A stretch of DNA of 64,000 nt. Source: Heterodontus francisci (taxonomy: Eukaryota). The position numbers and the translations under genes are program-made. The notes below the pieces were generated by a model. It was not told where the DNA came from. It did no database searches and was given only the letters and a program-made list of their open reading frames with translations. The first letter of the stretch is position 1; the number at the start of each line of letters is the position of its first letter. This document shows, piece after piece, positions 1 to 11,289 of the stretch. The stretch lies in assembly GCF_036365525.1 (NCBI RefSeq), contig NC_090390.1:86146252-86210251 (forward strand). The letters run 5' to 3'.

Positions 1-2160
1 AATTGGCATCACTTCCACGTCAACCTGGGACAAAGGTATTATTTTTCAAATGGGAAAACGCAAGAGAGCCTCTACTTTTGCTTTTAATTATGTCGTCACT
101 ATGGTCTCGTAACTCAACCATGGTCATCCTTACACTTCTGGGATTCCTTTACTCTGACAGTGCCATTGGAGTTTAAATATTCTTTTTTCTGTTTACTAGA
201 GAGAGATTTCTTGAATTTTCATCTTCTGTGCTGATCCAGTCCTCTTGTCAATCCCTACTCAGCATGTGTTCCTTGGGTCATGTAACCCAATGATGGACTG
301 ATTTGTAACAGGCCACAAGAAGATGAACTGAATTTGCTTAAGAATGCCTTCCCTAAGTCCTGAATTACTTGAGGTTGCTTTTTACCTGAGGCACACTTGG
401 ACACTACGTCTATGTTTGGAGTTGCATGGATTAGCCTGTGCCTAGACCAAGGAGGTGCTGCAGGCCACTATTCCTTAAACCTGTCTCGTACCTTACTGGT
501 TCAGAGGATGTTCCAATTCTGCTGCATAGGCGTGATGTGATTTCCTTTGTCTGCAAACTGCAAATCATCTATACAATCAGTCTGTATAGTTGAAACTTTA
601 CATTGTTGGATATAGTTGCCTATTTTGTGTTAACTTAGTTTCCCATTTAAAGGGTTATTGTATTAGTCCTTTATAAATTGAGATTGGAGTAGGACCATGT
701 GTTTTTCCCTCCAACCTGTGCTGTTTTGCTCCAGTTCTTGTGGAAAGCATTGAATCTGCTAGGGTTTGAATAGGCATTGGGCGTCTTGGTACCTTGGCAA
801 ACGTCGCAAAAAAGATTTCAGGATGTTATATTGCGGTTTGTGGGATCTTCAAAAGTACATCATTGGCTGTACGGGGCACTGAGATGTCTGGTGGTTGTGA
901 AAGGTGCTATATGAATGCAAGTCTTCCTTTCCAAAGTGACCATTGTGTATGAATCTTGGATGGTGAATATTGGCACCTTACCAAAGCTTGGTCACTTTCT
1001 CATCTGATTTACATACATAGGCACAAGCACTTCTATTAGGCGTTCACTAGAATGACATTGGAAGAAAAGAAACATGGCTAATTTTTTTGGATCTCCCTCT
1101 TTCTCCCATAAACCAAAGCTGAGATGAATTGTGATGCCCTTACTACCACTCTAGCTGAGATCAAATAAGTCACCATAGACCAGGGACAGGGCCTTCCTGA
1201 TCTGTTTGGCTCTAATTCTCTGGATAAACTTAAGTCTTTGGAGGAACCCAGGCAATGCTAATGAGAGCTGTATTTCTGCTCGGCACAGGAGCTGCTACAT
1301 TTTTACTTTTTTTTGAAAGAATTGTGTGAAATAGGAGCAGAATTATCTGCACTGAAGGTTGTTCCCAGATGTTGGTGTCACTGGAACTCTGAACTTATGA
1401 CTGTAAGAGATAAATATAGCATTATTGCCTTTTGGATTCATGCACATTCTTCTCTTTACTCAACAGCTAGCTTTTCATGAGACTTTTGTTTAGGTTTTTA
1501 TTTCCTCCAGCATCATTCCATTGGAGCCATTTTAATCCCACAATCATGGGCGAAGATATCATTATGTAGGATCACTGGCTGCTCTTAAAGGCACCCTAAT
1601 GCCTCGCCTTAGTGTACCTGCAACGTCACCACGTGTTTTTGCTAAGTACCACTGTCCACCTTCCCCCACCAAGAAAGCTGTAATTTGACAAAGCAGTACT
1701 TGTACTTGTGTACGACATAGTAAATTAAGATTTAGTATATTCCTGCCCCTTAATGTATTCTTTATTTAATGTACCAGGTCTTTTTGGGTATTCTCAGGGC
1801 AGTTTACTTATGCATTTCTCAGTTTCTGGATTTTAACCTCCTTCAGTTCAAGTGCAAATAAGATTTGATTGGTCTCATCAGGAGCCCTGAAAATGAACCC
1901 TTGTTCCTCCATTTTCTGACTATAATAAACCCAATTTGGTTGTTAGGAGGTAGAATGAGTAATGATTGTGCTCTTTCCAGGACCCACCAAGGAGATGACT
2001 CTTAATATCTTTGCAATTCACTTTTCTAATATCCAAGTCAGCAGAAACCCAAAGATGAAATGTATGCTTATCGTATTTTATCAGGAGTGGTTCCATTTTA
2101 TCAATGCATTCCTGACGTGTTAAAGTACTAAGTATTAGCTAGGTTTGCTTTTATCCACAG

Positions 2161-2249
2161 GCCTCTGTATACAAGATCTGTAAGGAGATGTATGATGATG
2201 AAATGGATGGTGACTCCATGTCTTATCAGCCAGATATCATTGGTGACAG
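2161..2249 (+). CDS. OGA: O-GlcNAcase coding exon (ASVYKICKEMYDDEMDGDSMSYQPDIIGD), start of pseudo-HAT domain; upstream exons lie outside the window
   Basis: Acceptor ttatccacag|GCC and donor AG|gtgggt. Peptide matches vertebrate OGA ASVYKICREMYDD...QPDLIGD. Phase 2 joins the next exon in frame. Confidence 0.9.
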
Positions 2250-2474
2250 GTGGGTATATAGTGTGTGGTGGAGGGGCTGGGGGTACTTTGTTTTCTTGGC
2301 TCATCTCGATTGCATTATGGTTTCTGTTGGGTTCTATTTCCACATGTGCTTTGCCCCCTCTTGTAGCTCATCCTGTAGGTCGCTTTTCATCGATGCAGCG
2401 GAACATGTGTATTATTGATATTTTTGGCACAGGTGCTTTGCCAAATGCTAATTTTTCTTCTCCCTAATCCTGAG

Positions 2475-2667
2475 TAAAGGCCTGCTTGGGTCTGGAAAAA
2501 AAAACCCGACCCGAACCCAACAGAACCACATCGGGCCCGAGTCCTTCCGTTTTTTCCCGCACCCGACCTGAGCCCGAAAGCCGGACCCTGAAGAGCGACC
2601 CGACCTGACCTGACCTGAACCCAACACGTTGGGTCCCTTCGGGTTCGGGTCAGGTACTAGGCCTTTA
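2475..2667. mobile_element. hAT-type MITE
   Basis: TIR TAAAGGCCT.../...AGGCCTTTA. Degenerate 8-bp TSD atcctgag/atctagag. Internal CCCGA motifs. Same termini as 43688-43978. Confidence 0.75.
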
Positions 2668-3020
2668 ATCTAGAGTAGTTGAAGCAAACTGTAGTTTCCC
2701 TTCTCCACCTTAGTACAGAAAGCAGGACAAATCCAATCCAGCCAATTACTGCCCCATCAGTCTACTCTTAATCATCAGCAAAGTGATAGATGGCTGTTGA
2801 CAAGCGTCACTTGCTCAGCAATAACCTGCTCGCAAGTGCTCAGTTTGGATTCCCTCAGGACCATTTGGCTCCAGGCCTCATTATAGTCTTGGTTCAAACA
2901 TGGACAAAAGAGCTGAATTCCTGAGGTGAGAGTGAACTCAAGGCAGTTTGATGGAGTGGCACCAAGAGGCTCTTGTAAAATTAAAATCATAGAATGAGAG
3001 TATTGCTGAAAACAGACATT

Positions 3021-3056
3021 TTGTTGAAGCTTTTCATCTTGCACTCATCAGGACAA
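3021..3056 (-). ncRNA. Minimal hammerhead ribozyme motif in Penelope pLTR
   Basis: Minus strand reads ttgtcCTGATGAgtgcaagatGAAAagctTCaacaa, with a palindromic stem III. Confidence 0.65.
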
Positions 3057-4247
3057 TTTGCAAGAATACCAATGTAAAGGAAGCAACTAATTTATACTAT
3101 GAGAAGAGAGTGCTGATTGGTTGGCAAGTGGACTCTGGTAGAGGCATTTTCATGGAGAATGCACCAGTTTATGGTGACTGGTACTTAACTGTCAAGCTTT
3201 GTTTGAAATTTAAACCAGGCAGCTTGACTGGTCAAGGCATTGCCCTGAGGAATAAATTAACGAATGGCTGTCACTTATTTTGTTCAGCTGAAACAGGTGC
3301 AGTGTGTGTACATGATCTTTGTCTGCAAAGAACAGGGCCCTGTGTATTAATATATGTAGCTTCCAGTACGTGCAAATGTGCCACACTGCGAGCCCTACTG
3401 ACAAACTTGAATTGGTTGTCAGTGTAATTCTTGGCACACTGAGGATTTTTAGCAAATGTTGTCCAGTCACGGAATCACATCTAATGTTGGACACTGTTTT
3501 GAGTTTTCAAGCACAGGCAGGTTGGGTACGGTCTGTACCTTGCCCATCGCCAACAGCAGAAGGGACATGTTTGATATGATCTACCAGTCTTTGGGACATA
3601 CAACCTATATACCTTAGCATCTCACTGGCGTTGAAATTCATATGTATTACTCGTTTGTGTGATAGGCAGAATATCTTTTTGGGTTGCCGGCAGCATCCTG
3701 TTAGTGACAAACACCACATGTGTTGCTACTGCATAGTTGCAGCGTGAAACAGCTAGCTTCACCTGTTGCTCAAATCTTTGGTATGCATTGCCCTTTCAGG
3801 GTAATCTGAGGTAGACTGGGCACTTTTCAAGGCCGGAAATGACGGCCTTAGGCCCGTTCATAAGTTTACGCGATATACAGCGAGAAATGATCTGCTCAGG
3901 GTAGCCATTGTCACGCAGGATGCCTTTAATTTGCCCTATTTCAGCATCAAGCTTGCAAAGTGAGCAAATGACTTGGGCCCTATTTGAGGTTGCTGATAAT
4001 GCCAATCTTATGCTGGGTGGAATTATAAGAATCCCAATGCGTGTATTGACAAGTGAAGGTAGGCTTGTGATAGCAGATTTCACAACTAGTACCTCAAGGA
4101 CTTTCAAGGTGCTTGCAAAACTCAAAACGGTGCCTAACATTAGATGTGATTCCGTGATTGGACATTTGCTAAAAATCCTCAGTGTGCTAAGAATTACACT
4201 GACAACCAATTCAAGATTGTCAGTAGGGCTTGTAGTGTGGCACATTT

Positions 4248-6744
4248 CACGTCAGTTCTGTGCACCGATGGGGAAAAAGGGTTTCTCTGGAGAGTGCACT
4301 GAGAGTCATGATCGGAACATCATGGGTGACTCAGCTGTGCTGCGATGGCGTGAAAGGGACAAGAGGGCAATAGTGGTAAGGGATTCTATGGTTAGAGGAA
4401 CGGATAGGCATTTTTGTGGTCGCAGGCGTGATTCCAGGATGGTATGTTGCCTCCCTGGTGCAAGGGTCATGGATATCACCGAGCGGCTACAGAGTACTCT
4501 GGAGGGTGAGGGTGCACAGCTGGAGGTCATGGTCCACATTAGTACCAATGATATAGGTGGAAAGAGGGATGAGGTCCTGCAACAAGAATTTAGGGATCAA
4601 GGTAGCAGATTAAAAAGCAGGACCTTAAAGGTTGTAATCTCTGGGTTATTCCTGGTGCCACGTGCTAGTGAGTATAGTAATAGGAGGATAGAGCAGATGA
4701 ATGTGTGGCTGAAGAGCTGGTGCAGGAGGGAGGTCTTTAGTTTCCTGGACCACTGGGTCTGTTTCTGGCGAAGGTGGGACCTGTACAAGTTGGATGGGTT
4801 GCACCTGAACTGGAACAGGACCAACATCTTTGCTGGGAGGTTTGCTAGTGCTGTTGGGGGGCGGGGTGGTGGGGTGGTGGTTAAACTAATTTGGCAGGGG
4901 GATGGGATACAGAGTGGAGGTACAGTCGAGGGTGATGCACCGAGTCAGTGTGGAAGACAGAGCAAATATAGACCTGTTGAGGCACAAGCGAATAATGCAA
5001 GGCTGGATTGTATCCATTTTAACGCAAGGAGCCTTACTAGTAAGGCAGATTAATTGAGGGCGTTGATTAACACATGGGAATATGATATTGCTATCACAGA
5101 GACATGGTTGAGGGAAGGGCAGGACTGGCAGCTCAATATCCCAGGGTATAGAATCTTCAGACGTGATAGGGGAGAGTGTAAAAGAGGAGGTGGCATTGCA
5201 ATGTTGATCAAGTAGTCAATTACTGCAGTATGGAGCGATGATATCTTAGCAGGTTCCTCAAATGAGGCCATATGGGTAGAACTCAAAAACAAAAAGCGGG
5301 CAATCACTTGGCTGGGAGTGTACTACAGGCCTCCAAACAGTCAGGGAGAGATAGAGGAGCAGATATGTAGGAAAATCTCAGAGGTGTTAAAATAATGGGG
5401 TAATAATAGGGGATTTCAGCTTCCCCAATATTAGAGGGGATAGTATGGGTGCAAAAGGCTTAAAGGGGGCACAATTCTTAAAGTGCATTCAGGAGAGCTT
5501 TTTGAGCCAGCACATAGAAAGTCCTACAAGAGGAAGGGGCAGCACTGGATCTAATTCTAGGGAATAAAGCCGGACAAGTGGTAGAAGTGGCAGTGGGGGA
5601 GCATTTTGGGGATAGTGACCATAACTCGGTAAGATTTAAGGCAGTTATGGAAAAGGACAAAGAGGGACCGGATATAAAAGTACTGAGTTGGGGGAAGGCA
5701 TAATTCAAAACAGGATCTAGCCAAAGTGGACTGGGAGCAGCTTCTTGTAGGAAAGTCTACATCAGAGTGGGAGACATTCAGAAAGAAAATAGTGAGAGTT
5801 CAGGTCCAACATGTTCCTATAAAAGTGAAGGGTAGGACCAACAAGTCCAGGGAACCCTGGATGTCAAGGGATATAGAGGATTGGATAAGGGGAAAAAAAG
5901 GAGGCATATGGCAGATTCAGACGCTGAAAGCAGCAGAGGCACTAGAGGAGTATAGAAAGTATAGGGGGGTACTTTTAAAAAAAAAAAGTAATTAGGAGAG
6001 CGAAGAGGGGGGCATGAAAATACACTGGCAGGCAAGATAAAGGAAAATCCTAAGGCGTTTTATAAGTATATTAAGGGCAAGAGAATAGCCAGGGACAGAG
6101 TAGGGCCCATTAAGGTCCAAAGTGGCCATCTGTGTTTGCAGCTGGAGGACATAGGTGAGGCTTTAAATCATTGTTTTTCATCTGTGTTCACTATGGAGTA
6201 GAACGATGTAGGTGTAGAGATCAGGGAGGGGGATTGTAATATACTTGAACAAATTAGCATTGAAAGGGAGGAAGTATTCGCTGTTTTAGCGAGCTTAAAG
6301 GTGGATAAATCCCCAGGCCCAGATGAGATGTATCCCAGGCTGTTAGCTGAGGCAAGGGAGGAAATTGCAGGGGCTCTGACACAAATTTTCAAATCCTCTC
6401 TGGCCACAGGAGAGGTACCAGAGGACTGGAGGACAACGAATGTGGTACCATTGTTCAAGAAGGGTAGCAGGGATAAACCAGGTAATTACAAGCCAGTGAG
6501 TCCAACATCAGTGGTAGGGAAACTTTTTTTGAAAAAAAATTCTAAGGGACAGGATTAATCTCCACTTGGAAAGGCAGGGATTAATCAGTAATAAAAACAG
6601 AAAGTTCTGGAAAAACTCAGCCGGTCTGGTAGCATCTGTGGAGAGAGAAGCAGAGTTAACGTTTCAGGTCAGTGACCCTTCATCAGAACTGCAGTTCTGA
6701 AAGAGTCTGTTTCTGTGCTGTATAACTCTATGACTCTGACTCTG
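4248..6744 (+). mobile_element. CR1 LINE (ORF1 esterase, APE endonuclease, RT start; internal deletion; 3' tail at ~6706-6744), decayed
   Basis: DSMVRGTDR/CLPGARV/DGLHLN esterase motifs, KSPGPDEMYPRLL, and CR1 tail tgtataactctatgactct. Confidence 0.85.
6590..6705 (-). mobile_element. Short Penelope (Neptune-type) terminal module with hammerhead
   Basis: Homologous to 26335-26470. Minus strand reads agttCTGATGAagggtcactgacctGAAAcgTTaact. Confidence 0.75.
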
Positions 6745-7071
6745 ACATTTGCACATACTGGAAGCTACATATATTAAAAACGGGGCCCTATTCTTTGCAG
6801 ACAAAGATCATGTACACACATTGCGCCTGTTTCAGCTGAACAAAATAAGTGACAGCCATTTGCTCGTTCATTCCTCAGGGTAATGCCTTGACCAATCAAT
6901 CAAGCTGCCTGATTTAAATTTCAAACGAAGCTTGGCAGGTAGCTGTCGGTCACCATAAACTGGTGCATTCTCCATGGCAACGTCTGTACCAATCAGAGTC
7001 CACTTGCCAACTAATCACTCTCTTCTCATAGTATAAATTTGTTGCTTCCCTCACATTGGTATTCTTGCGAA

Positions 7072-7107
7072 TTGTCCTGATGAATGCAAGACGGAAAGCT
7101 TCGACAA
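7072..7107 (+). ncRNA. Minimal hammerhead ribozyme motif in the inverted pLTR copy
   Basis: ttgtcCTGATGAatgcaagacgGAAAgctTCgacaa. Stem I is ttgtc/gacaa. Confidence 0.65.
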
Positions 7108-7155
7108 AATATCTCTGTTTTCAGCAATACTCAAGTTCTGTGCTACCAACTGACT

Positions 7156-7565
7156 AATCATAGAATGTTTACAGCACAGAAAGAGGTTATTTGGGCAATC
7201 GTGTCTGTGCCAGCTCTCTAAGAGCAACTTGGTTAATCCCAGTCCCCAGTCTTTCCCTGTAGACCTGAAATTCTTTTCTGTTCAGATAATTATCCAATTC
7301 CCTTTTGAAAGCCATGATTGAATCTGCCTTCATCACACTCTCGGGCAGTGTATTCCAGATCCTAACCACTCGCCTACCTAAGTTTTCCTCATGTCACCAT
7401 TGGTTCTTTTGCGTTTTGCCTTAAATTGGTGTCCTCTGGTTCGCGACCTTTCCACAAATAGGAGCATTTTCTATCTATGCTGTTTTGACCCCTTATGAGA
7501 TTTGATAGAAGTGTTCAAAATCATGTCTACCTCCTCTAAGGAAAACAACCCCAGCTTTTCCACAT
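7156..7565 (-). mobile_element. CR1 3' fragment
   Basis: WNTLPESV..AFKRELDNYL C-terminal motif and ATTCTATG-type tail. Confidence 0.75.
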
Positions 7566-8271
7566 GTCTGCGCGTTCCACTAATGTCATTGAAAATTGTG
7601 GGGTAAAGCTCTCCATTGGTTGAAATCATACCTAGCACAAAGGAAGATGGTTGTGGTTGTTGGGAGGCCAATTCTCTCAGCCTCAGGATATTGCTGCAGG
7701 CGTTCCTGAGGGCAGTGTCTGAGGCCCAACCATCTTCAGCTGTTACACCAATGCCCTTCCGTCCATCATAAGGTGGGGATGTTTGCTGATAATTGCACAG
7801 TGTTCATTTCTATTCATAGCTCCTCAGGTACTGAAACAGTCTATGTCTGCATGCCTCAGGACCTGTGGCAAGTAACATTTATGCTACGCAAGTGCCAGGC
7901 AATGACCATCACCAACAAGAGAGAATCTAACCATCTCCCTTTGATATTCAATGGCATTATCATTGCCGAATCACCCACCATCAATATCCTTGGGGTCACT
8001 ATTGACCAGAAACTTAACTGGACCAGCCACACTCGTACTGTGGCTACAAGCACAGGTCAGAGACTGGGAATTCTGTGACTAGCTCCTCCTAACTCCCCAA
8101 ATCTTATCCACCATCTACAATCTACTCCACAATCATAAAAAGTTTAAGGCACAGAAAGAGGCCACTTGGTCCATTGTGTCTGTGCTGGCTGAAAAACGAT
8201 CCGCCTTCCAGCATTTGGTCCATAGCCCTGCAGATTACGACTCTTGAGGTGCATATCCAAAACCAGACGAC

Positions 8272-8615
8272 TTTTATTTATTTATTTAATTATTTAATTT
8301 ATTTATTTAGAGATACAGCACTGAAACAGGCCCTTCGGCCCACCGAGTCTGTGCCGACCAAGAACCACCCATTTATGCTAACCCTACAGTAATCCCATAT
8401 TCCCTACCACCTACCTACACTAAGGGCAATTTACAATGGCCAATTCACCTATCACCTGCAAGTCTTTGGCAGTGGGAGGAAACCGGAGCACCCGGCGAAA
8501 ACCCACACGGTCACAGGGAGAACTTGCAAACTCCGCACAGACAGTACCCAGAATTGAACCCGGGTCCCTGGAGCTGTTAGGCGGCTGTGCTAACCACTGC
8601 GCCACTGTGCCGCCC
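8272..8615 (-). mobile_element. HE1/V-SINE-type tRNA-derived SINE
   Basis: tRNA-like head with A/B boxes, V-domain-like gggttttcgccgggtgctccggtttcctccc, CR1-type tail and (TAAA)n. Confidence 0.85.
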
Positions 8616-9195
8616 TGCGCCATGAGTACAAGGCACAAGTCAGGAGTGAGATGGAATACTTGTCTCTAACAACATTCAAGAAGCTTGACACCATCTAGGA
8701 CAAAGCAGCCCGCTTGATTGGCATCCCATCCACCAGCTTAAACATTCATCCCCTGCACCAGTGCAAAGTGACTGCTGTGTGTACCATCCACAAGCTGCAC
8801 TGTAGCAACTCGAGGCTTTGACAGCACCTTCCAAACACCACCACCTGCAAGTTCCTCTCCAAGTTGCACGTGACTTGGAATTATATCACCGTTCCTTAAT
8901 TGTTGCTGGGTCAAAATCCTGGAGGTCCTTGCCGAACAGCGGTTCAAGAAGGTGGCTCACCAGCACCTGCTCAAGGGCACCTAGGGATGGGCATTAAATG
9001 CTGGCGTTGCCAGCGATGCCCATATCCCATGAACTAATAATTTTTTTAAAAAGCTAAGATCAACGCTGACTACAGTAGAATCTGGACTTGTCTGTTTGTG
9101 TATGGTTGTTTTCTGCTGGTTTTTCTTTTAGCTGGAGGCATCAAGTGACCCTTATCCTTTTTCTAAATCACATTTGAAAGTTTACTTCCCCTCAT

Positions 9196-9520
9196 CACAG
9201 TGGCGCAGTGGTTAGCACCGCAGCCTCACAGCTTCAGGGACCCGGGTTCAATTCTGGGTACTGCCTGTGCAGAGTTTGCAAGTTCTCCCTGTGACCACGT
9301 GGGTTTTCGCCGGGTGCTCCGGTTTCCTCCCACCGCCAAAGACTTGCAGGTGAGAGGTAAATTGGCCATTGTAAATTGCCCCTAGTGTAGGTAGATGGTA
9401 GGGAATATGGGATTACTGTCTGGTTAGTATAAATGGGTGGTTCTTGGTCGGCACAGACTCAGTGGGCTGAAGGGCCTGTTTCAGTGCTGTGTCTCTAAAT
9501 AGATAAAATAAATAAATAAA
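9196..9520 (+). mobile_element. HE1/V-SINE-type SINE
   Basis: Same sequence family as 8272-8615, 17444-17789, 33768-34110 and 41147-41420. Confidence 0.85.
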
Positions 9521-10035
9521 TCACTTCTGAGGATATTAGACTTGTTGTGTTTGATCAAGATGAACATTGTTTGACCTGGGGAATGGATTGCTTACCCAAT
9601 TTGTCACTTCCCAATCCCACGCATCTCCAGCTGCAGATTGAAGCTCATTCAACTCCAGCTCTGCTTTAGAAGAAATTCTCTTGAGTTCATGTGATATCTT
9701 CATTTCCCAACATGTCACCCACCTACAGCTACAATAGGGGGTACAGTAGCATCGTGGTTGTGACTGGACTAGTAATCCAGCAGCCTCGTCTAATGATATG
9801 GAGACATGAGTTCAAATCCCAGCATGGCATTTCGGCAATTTAAATTCCGTTAATTACATAAATCTGGAATTAAAAAGCCAGTATCAGTAAGAGTGACCAT
9901 TAAACAACCAGACTTTAAAAAAAAATATATATATATATATTTCTTTGTCAATTTCCTTTATGGAAAGAAATCTGCTGTCCTTACCTGTCTGGCCCATATG
10001 TGACTCCAGGCCCACAATGGGCTTAACTCTTACAC

Positions 10036-11232
10036 AAAAGCAAAATACTGCAGATGCTGGAAATATGAAACAAAAGCAGAAAATGCTGTAAATATTCAGG
10101 TCAGGCAGCACTTGAGAGAGAAGCAGAGTTAACATTTCAGGTCGTGACCGTTCGTGAGTTCCGATGAAAGGTCACTCGCCTGAAATGTTATTTACGTTAT
10201 AAACGCAATTTATATAAATGACTTAGATGAAGGGACGGAAGGTATGGTTGCTAAATTTGCTGATGACACAAAGATAGGTAGGAAAGTAACTTGTGCAGAG
10301 GACATAAGGGGGGGTTGCTACAAAGGGATATAGATAGGTTAAGTGAGTGGGCAAAGACCTGGCAAATGGAGTATAATGTGGCAGTGTATGAAATTGTCCA
10401 CTTTGGCAGGAAGAATAAAAAAGCATATTATCTAAATGGTGAGAGATTGCAGAGTTCTGAGATGCAGAGGGATCTGGGTGTCCTGGTGTATGAATCGCAA
10501 AAGGTTAGTATGCAGGTACAGCACGTAATTAGGAAAGCTAATAGAATGTTATTGTTTATCGCGAGGGGAATTGAATACAAAAGTAGGGAGGTTATGCTTC
10601 AGTTATACAGGGCATTGGTGAGACCACATCTGGAGTACTGTGTACAGTACTGATCTCCTTATTTAAGGAAGGATGTAACTGCGTTGGAGGCAGTACAGAG
10701 AAGGTTTACTCAACTAATACCTGGAATGGGCGGTCTGTCTTACGAGGAAAGATTGGACAGGCTAGGCTTGTATCCGCTGGAATTCATAAGAGTAAGAGGC
10801 AATTTGATTGAAACATAAGATCCTGCGTGGCTGTGGAAAGGATGCTTCCCTTTGTGGGAGAATCTAGAACTAGGGGTCACTGTTTAAAAATAAGGGGTCG
10901 CCCATTTAAGACAGAGATGAGAAATTTTTTCTCTCAGGGTCGTGAGTCTTTGGAATTGTCTTCCTCAGAAGGCGGTGGAAGTGGAGTCTTTGAACATTTT
11001 TAAGGCAGAGATAGATAGATTCTTGATAAGCAAGGGGGTGGAAGCTTATTGGGGGTAGGTGGAAATGTGAAGTAATCGGTTCAGCCATGGACTTACTGAA
11101 TGGTGGAGCAGGCTCGAAGAGCCGAGTGTCCTACTCCTTCTAATTCGTATGTTCCTATGTTATCTCTGCTTTTCTCTTCACAAGTGCTACCTGACCTGTT
11201 GAGTATTTACAGCATTTTCTATTTTTGTTGCT
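10036..11232. mobile_element. Inverted pair of Neptune-type terminal modules interrupted by a CR1 3' fragment (~10205-11160, +)
   Basis: 10036-10150 and 10155-10190 plus 11160-11232 are inverted copies. CR1 motifs KFADDTK and LVRPHLEYCVQ lie between them. Confidence 0.7.
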
Positions 11233-11289
11233 TTACTGTAAACTGTCCTCTGAAATGGCCTGCTGACTCAGTTGTATTCAAGAAGGAAT

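Larger units (their letters stand above)
2997..7155 (-). mobile_element. Penelope-like element (5'-truncated RT C-terminus plus GIY-YIG) with an inverted pLTR copy, split by a CR1 insertion
   Basis: Minus-strand peptides NGYPEQII and RYIGCMSQRLVDHIKH. 4110-4247 plus 6745-7140 is an inverted copy of ~3000-3515. 12-bp TSD aatcatagaatg at 2985-2996 and 7156-7167. Confidence 0.8.
2716..9050 (+). mobile_element. Fragmented L2/CR1-group LINE ('family B'): RT and 3' end in pieces at ~2716-2985, ~7580-8120 and ~8625-9050
   Basis: RT motifs (GVPQGS-like, GMFADN). The 3' tail ...gggatgggc..taaatgctgg...gccagcgatgcccatatccc is shared with 35871-39112. Confidence 0.7.

Noticed and set aside
3908-5053. 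381-aa ORF as a novel fusion gene
   Set aside because: Chance read-through from antisense Penelope sequence into CR1 ORF1.
9196-9265. tRNA genes
   Set aside because: The A/B boxes belong to SINE heads that continue into SINE bodies.
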